From an uncultured Gemmatimonadales bacterium (lineage in GTDB: Bacteria > Gemmatimonadota > Gemmatimonadetes > Longimicrobiales > RSA9): a stretch of 64,000 nt of DNA. The translations under genes were made by a program, and so were the position numbers. Each line of letters starts with the position of its first letter. Positions within the stretch are counted from its first letter, which is position 1. The notes under the pieces are model-generated. The model searched no databases. It was given only the letters and a program-made list of their open reading frames with translations, and was not told the origin of the DNA. The stretch is taken from NCBI GenBank assembly GCA_963708135.1, contig OY970192.1, positions 4,288,001 to 4,352,000 of the forward strand. Direction: 5' to 3'. Positions 9,583 to 19,626 of this stretch are shown in pieces.

Positions 9583-11530
9583 CGCCCGTTCACCTGCTCG
9601 AACCAGAGGATGGCCGCCTCTCCCTCCTTTCGCGTGATCTCGTCCACGCTGCGGCTGTGGCGGATGCCGTTGCGCAGGTCGGCGAGCTGACCGAAGCGCT
9701 TGACCAGCGTCTCCTTGTTGGCGAAGCGGCCCTCGAAGAGCGTCCAGAGCGCCTTGCTCGTGACGGTTCCCTCCAGCTCCCGCAGGTCAGCGTACTCGAG
9801 CTTGCCGGCGAGCGTCGTGTAGCGCTCGCTATCCAGCGCGGCGCTCTTCTTCGCCGCCGCCTGCAATCGCTCCTCGACCTTCTGCAGTACATGCGGAGGG
9901 AGCCGGCCGGGATCCCCGTCCAAGGCCTCGTCGATGCCTCGTCGGATGGCCAGTTCGACCGCTTCGATCCGCGCGTCTAGCTCCCGTAGCTGAGGCGGGA
10001 GGTCCAACCGTTCCTTCACCAGGAGGTCCTCGATCGCGTCCTGAAGCGTGCGCTGGCGCTCGGCGAGGAAGGCGTCGAAATCGTCCGTCGTGAAGGGGTC
10101 GCGCAGCAGGATCGCGAGGGCCGCCGGGGAGATGAAGTGCGACTCCAGCGTGGCGCGAACGCTCGCTTCACCGCTCGCTGCGATCAGCTCGGGCAGATAC
10201 TCGTTCGGCAGGCGGTCGCTGATGACCTTGCGGTTGGTGTCGGCGGTAAGCGGAGTGCGATTCAGGATCGTGTCGATGGCACCGCCGAGACGCTGCTGCT
10301 TGCCCCAGCTCTTGGGGACGATGTGGTGGTCGTCGAGATCCCCGTACTGGGGCACGTTGCCGGTCATCCAGTCGCGGGCGCCGCGCAGCACCAGCAGGTT
10401 GAAGATGCCGTTGTAGACCGAGGTGCCGCGCTTGGTCTCCCGCCGCAGATCCAGCGTCCTGAAGCGCGCCCGGAACTCGGCGATCAGGCCCGGTTCCGCG
10501 ACGTCGTTCTCGAACCACGCTTTCACGTCGAGGTAGTCGCGGGCGCTGGTGGACTCCACCGATCCCGAGTAGCGATTGGTGAAGACGCTGGCCCAGTACC
10601 AGTGACGGAGCTTGCGCTGCGCATCGAGCTGGCGTGTGGCAGGGAGCGCGCGCAGGGCGGCCTGGAGCGCCGCGAACGCCGGGAGGATCGACACATAGGG
10701 CAGGTACTGCGACGAGATGGCGCCGAACTCCTGGGGGTGGCGCAGCAGCGCGATCGCTCGCTCGACCGCTTCTACGGATTCCCTCCAGCGTCGCTCGAAG
10801 TCGGCTACGTCGGGGACCAGAACCTCCTTACGCAGCGATCCGTCCGGCTCGCGTACCTTCTTCTCCTGGCCGGGCAGCAGGTAGTAGAGGTACTTCGGCG
10901 AACAGTAGGCCTGGCGCAGGATGGACATCACCTGCAGCAGGTAGACGTTCATCCGCTCGGTCTCGACGAACTCGAGCCGTTGCGCGGCTTCGCGCCAAAG
11001 GTGCTTGAGCTGGAGGCCCTTGGGCTTGAGCAGCGCGTTCACCAGGTCGAAGACGTCAAGGCGGATCCCGCGGCTGTTGATCTGCGTGAAGATGTCGCAG
11101 ACCTTGTCGATCTCGAGGTCGCGGTCGAGCTCGATGTAGGCGACCTGGTACTGTTCGGTGATGGCCTTCAGGTGCTCGCCGAACGAGCGGGCATCGCGCG
11201 CGCGCAGTCCCGCCTCGCGGGCTGCCGCCTCATCACCGGCACTGCTCGCGGCCTGCTCCTTGTCGCGCCAGTGTTTCTCGTAGCCCTGCACCCAGTTCGG
11301 CAGCTCCCATCCGCCCTGGCCCACCACCGAAACCGGAAACATGTGGTTCTCGTACTGCGCGCTCTGATCGGCGAGCAGATTCAGCCCCCTGCGCGTCCAG
11401 TCGTACTCGAACGCCTCGTCGTACGCTTCCTCCATGAACCGATCGACCCGGATGAAATAGAGGAAGCGATTCGACCGGTTCGGGAGCGGCTCGTCTGGCG
11501 CGAGGAAGACGTAGTACCGCGCCACAGTGG

Positions 11531-12636
11531 TCATGATGCGTAAAGGCGGTGGAGCTTGGATCGCGCATTGGAGACAGTGAAACGCCAGGTGGTGGGAGCT
11601 CGGACGGCGTTGCGGGGGGTCTCCCAGGCGAGGGTCTCGGCCCGCAGCCGGTTGACGTTGTCAAGGCGGCGGTGCAGGCACTGGCGACCGAGGATCGAGA
11701 TCTCGATTTCGGCCATGTTGAGCCAGCTCCCGTGCTTGGGCGTGTAATGGAACTCGAGCTTGCGCAGGATACGGCGCGCTTCGGCGGCCTCGAAGGTCTC
11801 GTACAGGGCTGCGCCCGTGTGGCTGCTCAGGTTGTCGAGCACGACGCGGATCTTGTCGGCGTCCGCGCAATGCACGTCGACCAGTGCGCGCATCTGCTGG
11901 GCGAAGTCCGCATTCGTGCGACGGGCGGTGACGTCCACATGCCGCCAGCCTCGCAGCGGCTCCACGAGCAGGAAGAGGTTGGCGGTCCCGCGGCGCACGT
12001 ACTCGTAGTCGACGCGTTGGCGCCGACCCGGAGCGGCCGGCACCGGCAGGCGGGTTTCCCCGATGAGCTGGTAGGGCACTTCATCGAAGCACACCACCGG
12101 GCGCCGGGGGTCGTAGGGCTCCTGGTAGAGGTCGAGCACGTCCTCCATGCGGCAGACGAAGTCCCAACTCACCGTCGGGATGCACCACGCTTCCTTCTGC
12201 CAGGGCTTCAGGTCGTTTTTTTTAGAAGCCGTCGGACCGTCTCGTCCGTGATCGCGTCCACCACACGCAACTCGATCAGCTTGTCGGCCAGGAGCTGCAT
12301 GGTCCAGCGCACGCGCCCCTCCGGAGGCGCGCTGCACGCCAGCGCGACCAGGAAGGCTTCCTGCTTGCCGTCCAGCAGCCGGGCTTTGCCCGGCCGAGGC
12401 CGATCGTTGAGCGCCCGCTCCAAACCGCCCTCGACGAAGCGCAGCCGCGTGCGCTCCACCGTGCACTTCCCCAGGTGCAGCGCGGCCGCAATCGCCTTGT
12501 CGGTCACGCCCTCGTCGGCCAGCAACAGGATGCGCGCGCGGTTCACCCGGCGCACCCGCGCCTTGCCGCCCTGGAGCAGGCGCTTGAGTTCGGCCCGCTC
12601 GTCGTCCGTGAGGTCCACGATATACTTCTTGGCCAT
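11531..12636 (-). CDS. IS630 transposase expressed by -1 programmed frameshift
   Basis: orfA 12636-12208 (HTH, MAKKYIVDLTDDERAEL..RWTMQLLA); A8 run at 12216-12223; orfB with CFDE, VLDNLSSH, TPKHGSWLNMAEIE. Confidence 0.92.
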
Positions 12637-12673
12637 CTGCCCTCCTCGCTGGGGGTCCGACAGATGGGCCAAC

Positions 12674-12702
12674 AATATAGCACGGAACTTTAGTCCTCAC
12701 AA
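12674..12702 (-). promoter_or_regulatory. Putative sigma70 promoter in the IS630 left end
   Basis: TTGTGA-N17-TATATT with extended -10 TG on the minus strand. Confidence 0.6.
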
Positions 12703-13011
12703 TCATGATGGCTGAGTAGTAGTACATCGCCGTCAGGCGCTGTTGCCCATCGAGGACGATGTGCACCGGGTCGCCGTCGCCGTGGTAGCCGTAGATCGCC
12801 TCGCAGGCGAGCGCGGCAAAGTTCTCGGGCTTCCCCTTCCAGAGCAGGAGGCTGCCGATGTAGTAGTCGAGGAAGATCGAGCGCAGCAGTTCCCGGATGT
12901 CCCACGGCTTCCACTCGAATTCGCGCTGGAAGTCGGGGATGACAAAACGCCCCTCGCGGAGCCGCCCGACCAGCGTGGTCAGGCTGACATGGTCGGGCTT
13001 CTGAGCATCCT

Positions 13012-14994
13012 TCATCCCCGCGCCCCCCCGATGATCTCGCCGAGCAGCCCCTCGGTCTCCTTCTCCAGCGCCAGGATGTCCGCCCGGATCTCCTCCAGCG
13101 TGCGCAGCGGCTGCGGCTTGTAGAAGTAGCGGGTGAAGCTGATCTCGTAGCCGGTCTTGACGCTGCCCTCCACGTACCAGGCGTCGGCGGCGTGGGGCAG
13201 GACCTCGCGGCGCAGGAAGGCCTCGATGCCGCCCTCTTCGAGCAGCGGCACCTGCTCGGTTTCGCGCAGATCGGAGTCGGACTCGTATTCGATCACGGCG
13301 GGCTTGCCGCCGATGGTGGCTTCGAACAGGCCGCGCAGCGGATCGGCCGCGGTGCCCCTCTTGTGGATCTTCTTGATGACCGGCGGCGCGTCGTCGGCGC
13401 GCTCGGCCGTCTCCTTGAGCGCCTTGATCTCCTTGGCCGTGTACGCGCGCTCGGGGTCGGCGCCCACGAGCCGCAGCGGGCGCTCGACGGTGACCTTCCA
13501 GTAGCCGAAGGCGGCGTTCGGGAAGATCTTCGACTGCTCGGTCTCCTCGAAGGCGAGGAACGTGTCGCAGATGCGCGCGATGTCCTCGCCGGAGAGCTCG
13601 CAGTTCTTCTTGCCGAGGTTCTTGCGCAGCGGCTTGAACCACTTCGTGGCGTCGATGAGCTGCACCTTGCCCTTGCGGGGCGCCGGCTTGCGGTTCGACA
13701 GCACCCAGATGTAGGTGGCGATGCCGGTGTTGTAGAACATGTTGAGCGGCAGGGCGACGATGGCCTCGAGCCAGTCGTTCTCGATGATCCAGCGACGGAT
13801 GTTGCTCTCGCCCTGGCCGGCGTCGCCGGTGAAGAGCGAGCTGCCGTTGTGCACCTCGGCGATGCGGCTGCCGAGGGCGGTGGCGTGCTTCATCTTGGAG
13901 AGCATGTTGGCCAGGAAGAGCATCTGGCCGTCGCTCGAGCGGGTGACGAGGGAGTACTCCGGGTCGCCCGCGTGCTCGATCAGGAAGCGCGGGTCCTTGA
14001 GGCCGCCCTTGCCGCCCATGCGCTCGAGGTCGGTCTTCCAGCTCTTGCCGTAGGGCGGGTTCGAGAGCATGAAGTCGAACTCGCGCGAGGAAAACGCGTC
14101 GTTCGCGAGCGTCGAGTGCTCCGGGCCGCCGACGATGTTGTCCGCCGCGTCACCTTCGCCCTTGAGCAGGAGGTCGGCCTTGCAGATCGCGTAGGTCTCG
14201 GCGTTGATCTCCTGGCCGTAGAGGTGGGTCGCGACCTCCTTGCCGTGCTCCCGGGCGAGCTCCTGGAGCGTCTCCTCCGCGACCGTGAGCATGCCGCCTG
14301 TCCCGCAAGCGCCGTCGTAGAGCAGGTAGGTACCCGACTCGATCTGGTCGGCGATGGGCAGGAAGATCAGCTTCGCCATGAGCCGCACCGCGTCGCGCGG
14401 CGTCCAGTGCTCGCCGGCCTCCTCGTTGTTCTCCTCGTTGAAGCGCCGGACCAGCTCCTCGAACACCGTGCCCATGCCGTGGTTGTCGAGGCCGGGGTGC
14501 TTCACCGAGCCGTCGCCGTGCCGCACCGGGTTCGGGCTCAGGTTGATGTCGGCCGAGAGGAGCTTCTCGATCAGCGTGCCGAGCGCGTCAGCCTTGGACA
14601 GGCGCGGGATCTGGTTGCGGAACTCGAAATTCTCGAGGATGTCCTCGACATTGGGTGAGAAGCCGTCGAGGTACGCCTCGAAGTCGGCCTTGAGCTGCTG
14701 CTGGCTTGCGCGGGCCCGGAGGTCGCGCAGCGTGAACTTCGAGGTGTTGTAGAACGCCTGGCCGGCGGCCTGACGCAGGGCCTGGTCCTGGTTGGTGATC
14801 CTGGCCTGGTCGAGCGAGGCCTTCATGTCGAGGACGGCCTGCTTCGTCGGCTCGAGCACGGCGTCGAGACGGCGCAGGACGGTCATGGGGAGGATCACGT
14901 CGCGGTACTTGCCCCGGACGTAGAGGTCGCGGAGCACGTCGTCGGCGATGCCCCAGATGAAGTTGGCGATCCAATTGAGGTCGGATGAGTTCAT
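13012..14994 (-). CDS. hsdM: Type I R-M methyltransferase subunit (N6-adenine)
   Basis: MNSSDLNWIANFIWGIADDVLR; GEHWTPR; DGACGTGG; catalytic NPPY; FYNTGIATYIW. Confidence 0.97.
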   Translation of the reverse strand: MNSSDLNWIANFIWGIADDVLRDLYVRGKYRDVILPMTVLRRLDAVLEPTKQAVLDMKASLDQARITNQDQALRQAAGQAFYNTSKFTLRDLRARASQQQLKADFEAYLDGFSPNVEDILENFEFRNQIPRLSKADALGTLIEKLLSADINLSPNPVRHGDGSVKHPGLDNHGMGTVFEELVRRFNEENNEEAGEHWTPRDAVRLMAKLIFLPIADQIESGTYLLYDGACGTGGMLTVAEETLQELAREHGKEVATHLYGQEINAETYAICKADLLLKGEGDAADNIVGGPEHSTLANDAFSSREFDFMLSNPPYGKSWKTDLERMGGKGGLKDPRFLIEHAGDPEYSLVTRSSDGQMLFLANMLSKMKHATALGSRIAEVHNGSSLFTGDAGQGESNIRRWIIENDWLEAIVALPLNMFYNTGIATYIWVLSNRKPAPRKGKVQLIDATKWFKPLRKNLGKKNCELSGEDIARICDTFLAFEETEQSKIFPNAAFGYWKVTVERPLRLVGADPERAYTAKEIKALKETAERADDAPPVIKKIHKRGTAADPLRGLFEATIGGKPAVIEYESDSDLRETEQVPLLEEGGIEAFLRREVLPHAADAWYVEGSVKTGYEISFTRYFYKPQPLRTLEEIRADILALEKETEGLLGEIIGGARG

Positions 14995-15324
14995 GCAATA
15001 TCGGTTCAGTGGTTGTGCATCAATGATGAGAGCGAGGTTCGACTCCAACGAATTTCGTGTCCGATGCATGTGAACGCGGGAAAGCGAGCTCGCTCAATCC
15101 ACGCCGCGCCACTTCTCCGAGCGCGAAGCCCGCAACCTTGCGGATCAGTCGCACGAATCTATGAATCTGAGGAGACCGGTTCGCCGGGATGCGAGAGGGT
15201 AACCTGGTCCGTGCGCTCGGTTTCGAGCTTGAGCGCGCTTGGTACGACTGGCACAGGCCTCCAAATGCGCCACGTGGGACTGGTTCCGGAGGCGCGGCCG
15301 CCCGCGCTGCAGGCCGGTCCTGAC

Positions 15325-16404
15325 CTACCCCCCAGGGACGGCACTGCCGGCAAGGGCGCCCCACGGGCTGGAGCGTCGTGCACCGGAGTGCGCCACCAAG
15401 CGGTCGAGCGTATGCGTTAAGAGCTTGCCCAGGTCCCCGTCGAGCATAGACGCGACGCGAGTCTCGCCCGGCTGATCCGGCTCGAACGCAGGATCGTGTT
15501 CGACCGCCTGCACCAGGCCGTTATAGGCTTCCCAAGCGGTGTAGGCACCGGCGTGGCCCTCGCCTTCGGTCCATAGCCGCCGGACCTCCGTCCGCCGTCG
15601 CAAGGCGCGCTCGACCGCCGTCGCACCCAACGACCGATCTGGCTCGGGCGCTGTTGGATCAAGAACGAGCCTATCGAACTCCGTCTCCGTGAGACGGCAG
15701 CTTCTGAGCAACTCGAAGTCTGCCGCCAGCCGCCCGTACCGCTGCACGATAGCGGCGAACAAGGTCCGGGCCGCTTCCACGATCCGCAGCTCTGCGCCGC
15801 GGCTATGCGAGACTGAGAAGCGGCGGCCTCGGTGTGCGTCGATCAAGTGCTCAGCGAGGGTGAGGGTATTTCCGCACACGACGCGAATCGGGGTCTCTGC
15901 GATGATCGCATCGCGGCGTCCGGAGTGGTTGTTCGCGAAGAGAACGTAGGGGAGAATTTCGTCCCGGAACGCGTCCTGGACTGGCTGCGTCATCTGGCTC
16001 GCGGTGACCCGAGCGAGGAGCCATGCGTCCGCGCCGCCCCGCAGTGCGCCGCCCGTTTCCAATGCCAGGATGTCGGCGTCGAGCAATGGCTGGAGGACTG
16101 CGAACGCATCGAGATTCTGAAGCGGGTGGTAGCTCTCCCCGACAACGCCTAGCACGGTCTGTCGATCGCTGCGAATCGTGACGAAGCTCCCTGCGGTGTC
16201 ATGGCGGAGCACCGGCCCTGGGCCGACGGCACGTGTCGGCGCTACGGCGCGCTTCTCGACGGTGTAAGCGAGGCCACCCCGGGCGAGCGCCATTTCAAGC
16301 GATGGCGGTTCATCCAATGTGACTCCTTCACGGTGCCAAGCCGGTTTCCGCACCGTGAATACGGAAGCCCTTCCATCTCTGTTCCGGTCGAGTTCAGCAG
16401 GCAT
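15325..16404 (-). CDS. DUF932 (phage/plasmid-like, TIGR03299-type) protein
   Basis: PAWHREG, VLGVVGESYHPLQN, ETGGALRGG, TPIRVVCGNTL, TAWEAYN. Confidence 0.88.
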   Translation of the reverse strand: MPAELDRNRDGRASVFTVRKPAWHREGVTLDEPPSLEMALARGGLAYTVEKRAVAPTRAVGPGPVLRHDTAGSFVTIRSDRQTVLGVVGESYHPLQNLDAFAVLQPLLDADILALETGGALRGGADAWLLARVTASQMTQPVQDAFRDEILPYVLFANNHSGRRDAIIAETPIRVVCGNTLTLAEHLIDAHRGRRFSVSHSRGAELRIVEAARTLFAAIVQRYGRLAADFELLRSCRLTETEFDRLVLDPTAPEPDRSLGATAVERALRRRTEVRRLWTEGEGHAGAYTAWEAYNGLVQAVEHDPAFEPDQPGETRVASMLDGDLGKLLTHTLDRLVAHSGARRSSPWGALAGSAVPGG

Positions 16405-16499
16405 ATGCCCCTCCGCGCGTACGCCGACCCGGGAGATCCGAGCGCCGTGAACGCCAATATGCCCCGCCCGAGCCCTGGGCTGCAATCGTTCTCGCTCGT

Positions 16500-17030
16500 T
16501 CAGCTCAGTTGATCCGGTCCCCCCACCCCCGCCCACCTCCTCCCCCACCGCACCCTCCCCCCGAACGCCCGCGGCGGCGGGGCGGTCCCGGTCAGCGCCG
16601 CCTCCGCCCGGTCCATCAGGTCCTCCATCATCGCGTCGTGCACCGGCTTCCACACGAGCGGCCAGCTCAGCCGCGCCCTGCCGGTCGGCGTCATGGCGAG
16701 TGCGTGGCGGAGACGGGTGCGGCCCGGGCCGGCGCGCTCGACCACGAGTTCGTGGACGCCGTTCCAGCCGGGGGGCGCGGTGAAGCGGAAGCGGACGGAG
16801 CGGCCGGGCTCGTGGGCGACGACGTGGTAGCGGATGGGGCCGTGGCCGCCCCTGGCGCCCATGGAGAGGGGTTTGTCGAGCTGGAGCGGCGGCCAGCGGT
16901 CGCCCGGCCAGAGCGGGTCGGCCTCGGAGCCCAGGCGCTCGAGCAGGGCGCCGACGTCGTCCAGGGAGGCGGCGAAGGTGCGCTCGTGGGCGACGAAGAC
17001 GGAGGGGCCCTTCGACCCCGCGAGCCCCAT
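16500..17030 (-). CDS. SRPBCC-family protein
   Basis: DPLWP..WPP, GARGGHGPIRY, PVHDAMMEDLMDRA. Confidence 0.7.
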   Translation of the reverse strand: MGLAGSKGPSVFVAHERTFAASLDDVGALLERLGSEADPLWPGDRWPPLQLDKPLSMGARGGHGPIRYHVVAHEPGRSVRFRFTAPPGWNGVHELVVERAGPGRTRLRHALAMTPTGRARLSWPLVWKPVHDAMMEDLMDRAEAALTGTAPPPRAFGGRVRWGRRWAGVGGPDQLS

Positions 17031-17042
17031 GACCACGGCGCC

Positions 17043-17558
17043 TCAGCTCTCGCCGCGGATGGCCTTGGTCAGCGCGGGCGTGTGGCCGAGCAGGCGCACG
17101 GTGAGGGCGATCTGGCCGCGGTGGTAATCCTCGTGGCTGAGGCCGTGGTGCATCCAGCTGAGCCGCGTCGCCTGCTCGCCGTTGAACTGGCGGATCCACT
17201 GCATCATGTGGAGCTCGCCGGCGGCGCGAAGGGCCGCGTCGCCTTCCTCGTGCGTTGTCTTCAGCAAGGCGACGAGGTCCGCCTTCGTCTTCGACGCGCC
17301 CGACTGCCCGCCGTGCTCGGCCAGGAGCTCGGGGTAGGGCTTGCGCGTGAAGTCGCCGTCCGGGCGGCTGAGCTCGCCGGCCATGAGGCGGCCGCCCTCG
17401 ACCACGTGGAGCGCCAGGTCGCGCACGCTGCGCTGCGCCTCGCCCGGCCGCCGGTCGAGGTCCTCCTCCGGCAGGTTCTCGACCTCCGCGATCACGCCCT
17501 CGCGGGTGTAGCGCCAGTAGTTCAGCAGCTCCTCGAAGAACGTCTTTCCCTGTGGCAT
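17043..17558 (-). CDS. DinB/YfiT-family four-helix-bundle protein
   Basis: RSVRDLALHV and HEDYHRGQ metal-binding His motifs; start MPQGKTFF. Confidence 0.85.
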   Translation of the reverse strand: MPQGKTFFEELLNYWRYTREGVIAEVENLPEEDLDRRPGEAQRSVRDLALHVVEGGRLMAGELSRPDGDFTRKPYPELLAEHGGQSGASKTKADLVALLKTTHEEGDAALRAAGELHMMQWIRQFNGEQATRLSWMHHGLSHEDYHRGQIALTVRLLGHTPALTKAIRGES

Positions 17559-17635
17559 ACGGTTCCCCCTGTTGAGATCGCGCCGTGAATTGTACGACGC
17601 GCCCAGGCGCCGAGGCCACCCTCGCGGGGGCCAAC

Positions 17636-17683
17636 TTGACGGACTCTCTGCGGCATGCGCATACTTCATGATCAATATGCGCA
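17636..17683 (+). promoter_or_regulatory. Putative TA promoter with inverted-repeat operator
   Basis: TTGACG-N18-CATACT; TGCGCATA-N12-TATGCGCA at 17656-17683 overlapping the -10. Confidence 0.6.
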
Positions 17684-17704
17684 CACATGCAGGAGATGTC
17701 CCGT

Positions 17705-17953
17705 ATGGCCAAGCGGAGCAAGAACCTGTCGCTGGACCCCGAGGCGGTTCGCCGGGGGGAGCGCTACGCTCAGGAGCACGACACCAACGTGTCGCAGCTC
17801 GTGAACAACTTTCTCGCGTCGCTGCCGATGGATGAGGAGCTGGCGAACGCGGCGCTGACGCCGACGGTGCGCCGGATGCTGGGTGTGGCGGAGGGCGGGA
17901 GAGGTGTCGAGGAATACCACGAACACCTCGTCGAGAAGTACGGCCGCGGATGA
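17705..17953 (+). CDS. RHH-type antitoxin (DUF6364-like)
   Basis: KNLSLDPEAVRRGERYA....NVSQLV; ATGA overlap with the PIN gene. Confidence 0.8.
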   Translation: MAKRSKNLSLDPEAVRRGERYAQEHDTNVSQLVNNFLASLPMDEELANAALTPTVRRMLGVAEGGRGVEEYHEHLVEKYGRG

Positions 17954-18369
17954 AGCTGCTTCTGGACATCAACGTCGTCCTCGACGTGCCGCTGGGGCGC
18001 GCGCCGTGGGTCGCCGAAGCCGCCGAACTGCTCTCTGCCATCGAGCGGGGGCAGGCGGTCGGATTCGTGGCCGCGCACACGGTGACGACGTACCACTACA
18101 TCGTCGCAAGGGCCGCCGGCCGCGAAGTGGCGGTGGCCGCGACGGGAGATCTTCTGCGCCTGGTGCAGGTGGTGCCGATCGGGGCGGGCGAGTTCCGGGA
18201 GGCACTGGCGCTCGGGCTCGACGACTTCGAGGATGCTGTGCAGGCGGTGGCCGCGCTCAGGGCGGGAGCCGATTACCTGGTCACGCGCAACGCCCGTGAC
18301 TTCCGGGGAACGGCAACACCCCTGCGTAGCGCCGGAGAGGTCCTCGCGCTTCTCCAGTCCCATCCGTAG
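17950..18369 (+). CDS. PIN-domain (VapC-like) toxin
   Basis: LLLDINVVLD, DFEDAVQ, YLVTRNARDF. Confidence 0.92.
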   Translation: MKLLLDINVVLDVPLGRAPWVAEAAELLSAIERGQAVGFVAAHTVTTYHYIVARAAGREVAVAATGDLLRLVQVVPIGAGEFREALALGLDDFEDAVQAVAALRAGADYLVTRNARDFRGTATPLRSAGEVLALLQSHP

Positions 18370-18397
18370 ACGCTTCCCCAACAAATCCGAATCGGGA

Positions 18398-18580
18398 GCG
18401 AGCGAAATCGGGAATTGGAGGGTCGCATCCGCGGCGGGACCCCATTTCTTGCTCGGTTTCCGGGATAGAGGGCGCACTGGCCGCTTCAATGCGACGTCGC
18501 GAACGCGATTTCGCTCGATCTCCGGGATGAATGGGGATTCGGAGGCGCCGGGGTTCGCCCAGTGCGCGATTCTGCTCGCG
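18398..18580. repeat. Dispersed ~180-bp intergenic element, copy A (three ~61-bp units)
   Basis: Nearly ungapped similarity to 27683-27862; GCTCG arms end at 18455, 18517, 18578. Confidence 0.8.
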
Positions 18581-18744
18581 CCGCGGCGGCCGGGTCGGGC
18601 GCCGGCCACGGCCCCGGCTCCTCGTCGCCTCTGGCCTCAGCCCGGAATCGGCGCTATGCTGGCTCTCGGCCGCCACCCCTCGGCGTCCACGCATTCGCCC
18701 GGGGCCACGCCCCGGCCCTGCCACGCCTTCCCGGAGCTGCCGCA

Positions 18745-19626
18745 ATGTCGCGCACCCTCCTGCTGTCCCTTGCCGTCACGCTCGCCCTTCCGACCGCGCT
18801 CCGTGCCCAGGCCCAGTGGCTGCCGCCGACGGAGGGCGCCTCCTTCTCGCTCGAGTACGTCCACCCGCACGTGCCGGAGCAGCGGGGCTTCAGCTTCGGG
18901 CTGGACCATCCGTGGATCCAGGGGGCGGTCTTCCTGGGCGCGGTGGTGCCGGTCGCGAAGCGGGTGCGGGCCGTCGGGGAGCTGCCGCTCGGCGTCGCCA
19001 TCGGCAGGGACAACCCCTGCCTGGACGCGGACTGCACCGGGTTCCATCACGCGACGTTCCTCGGCAACCCCTACCTGGGCGCCGAGGTCGAGCTGGCGGG
19101 GCCCCTGCTGCGCTGGACGGCGGGCATCCGGCCGCCAGTCCAGTCGGTTGCCATCGGCAACAATGATGTCGGCTACTACGATCGGATCGCGCTGCTGCCG
19201 GCGTTGTACGCGGCGAGCAACGATCGGTTCAACGCGTTCTGGAAGGGGCTGACGTCGCTCGAGACGGGTCTCGAGGTGCGGCCGCGGCTGCCCGCGGGGA
19301 ACGAGCTCCGCCTGCACGCGACCGGCGTGCTGGTCCACGACCGCTACGCCGCCGCGCCGTACGAGAAGACCAATCACGCCGAGTGGCGCGGCGGCGCGCA
19401 GATCTGGCACACGAGCGAGCCCCTCGTGCTGACCGCCGGGGTCAGTGCGCTGAACGCCCCGAGCTACCCCCACCGCACCACGGAGTACGAGTGGGGCGCG
19501 GGCTTCGGCTTCCACATCGGCGGCTGGCTGCCACTGGTCGAGGTGCGGATCCCGAGCCGGGTGTCCGGCGGCAGCCGGACGGACTGGTACACGCTCGAGC
19601 TGGCCGTGCAGTACCGGCCGCGGTAG
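18745..19626 (+). CDS. Secreted hypothetical protein, probable outer-membrane beta-barrel (paralogue 1)
   Basis: Signal peptide, alternating strands, C-terminal YTLELAVQY; homologous to the next gene. Confidence 0.7.
   Translation: MSRTLLLSLAVTLALPTALRAQAQWLPPTEGASFSLEYVHPHVPEQRGFSFGLDHPWIQGAVFLGAVVPVAKRVRAVGELPLGVAIGRDNPCLDADCTGFHHATFLGNPYLGAEVELAGPLLRWTAGIRPPVQSVAIGNNDVGYYDRIALLPALYAASNDRFNAFWKGLTSLETGLEVRPRLPAGNELRLHATGVLVHDRYAAAPYEKTNHAEWRGGAQIWHTSEPLVLTAGVSALNAPSYPHRTTEYEWGAGFGFHIGGWLPLVEVRIPSRVSGGSRTDWYTLELAVQYRPR

Larger units (their letters stand above)
11514..12719 (-). mobile_element. IS630-family insertion sequence (~1206 bp) with TA target duplication
   Basis: TA at 11512-11513 and 12720-12721; imperfect terminal inverted repeats; two-ORF transposase. 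Confidence 0.92.
9579..13015 (-). pseudogene. GmrSD-like DUF262 + HNH/DUF1524-like + C-terminal HEPN protein, interrupted by IS630 (reconstructs to 742 aa)
   Basis: N-part 13015-12720 has IPDFQREFEW, IGSLLLW, LDGQQRLT; C-part has IFTQINSRGIRL, DDHHIVP..N...N and LRNGIRH (Rx4H); removing the IS restores AMYYVFLAP in frame. Confidence 0.88.

Noticed and set aside
15030..15052. GGTTCGACTCC resembles a tRNA T-loop
   Set aside because: The T-stem pairs at only 2 of 5 positions and no cloverleaf or CCA end can be built.
15325..17721. 798-aa ORF, and other over-extended ORF-track starts (20783-23197, 38034-40313, 41211-43076, 55228-57828)
   Set aside because: N-terminal extensions are off-frame read-through of neighbouring genes; real starts are internal and were reassigned.
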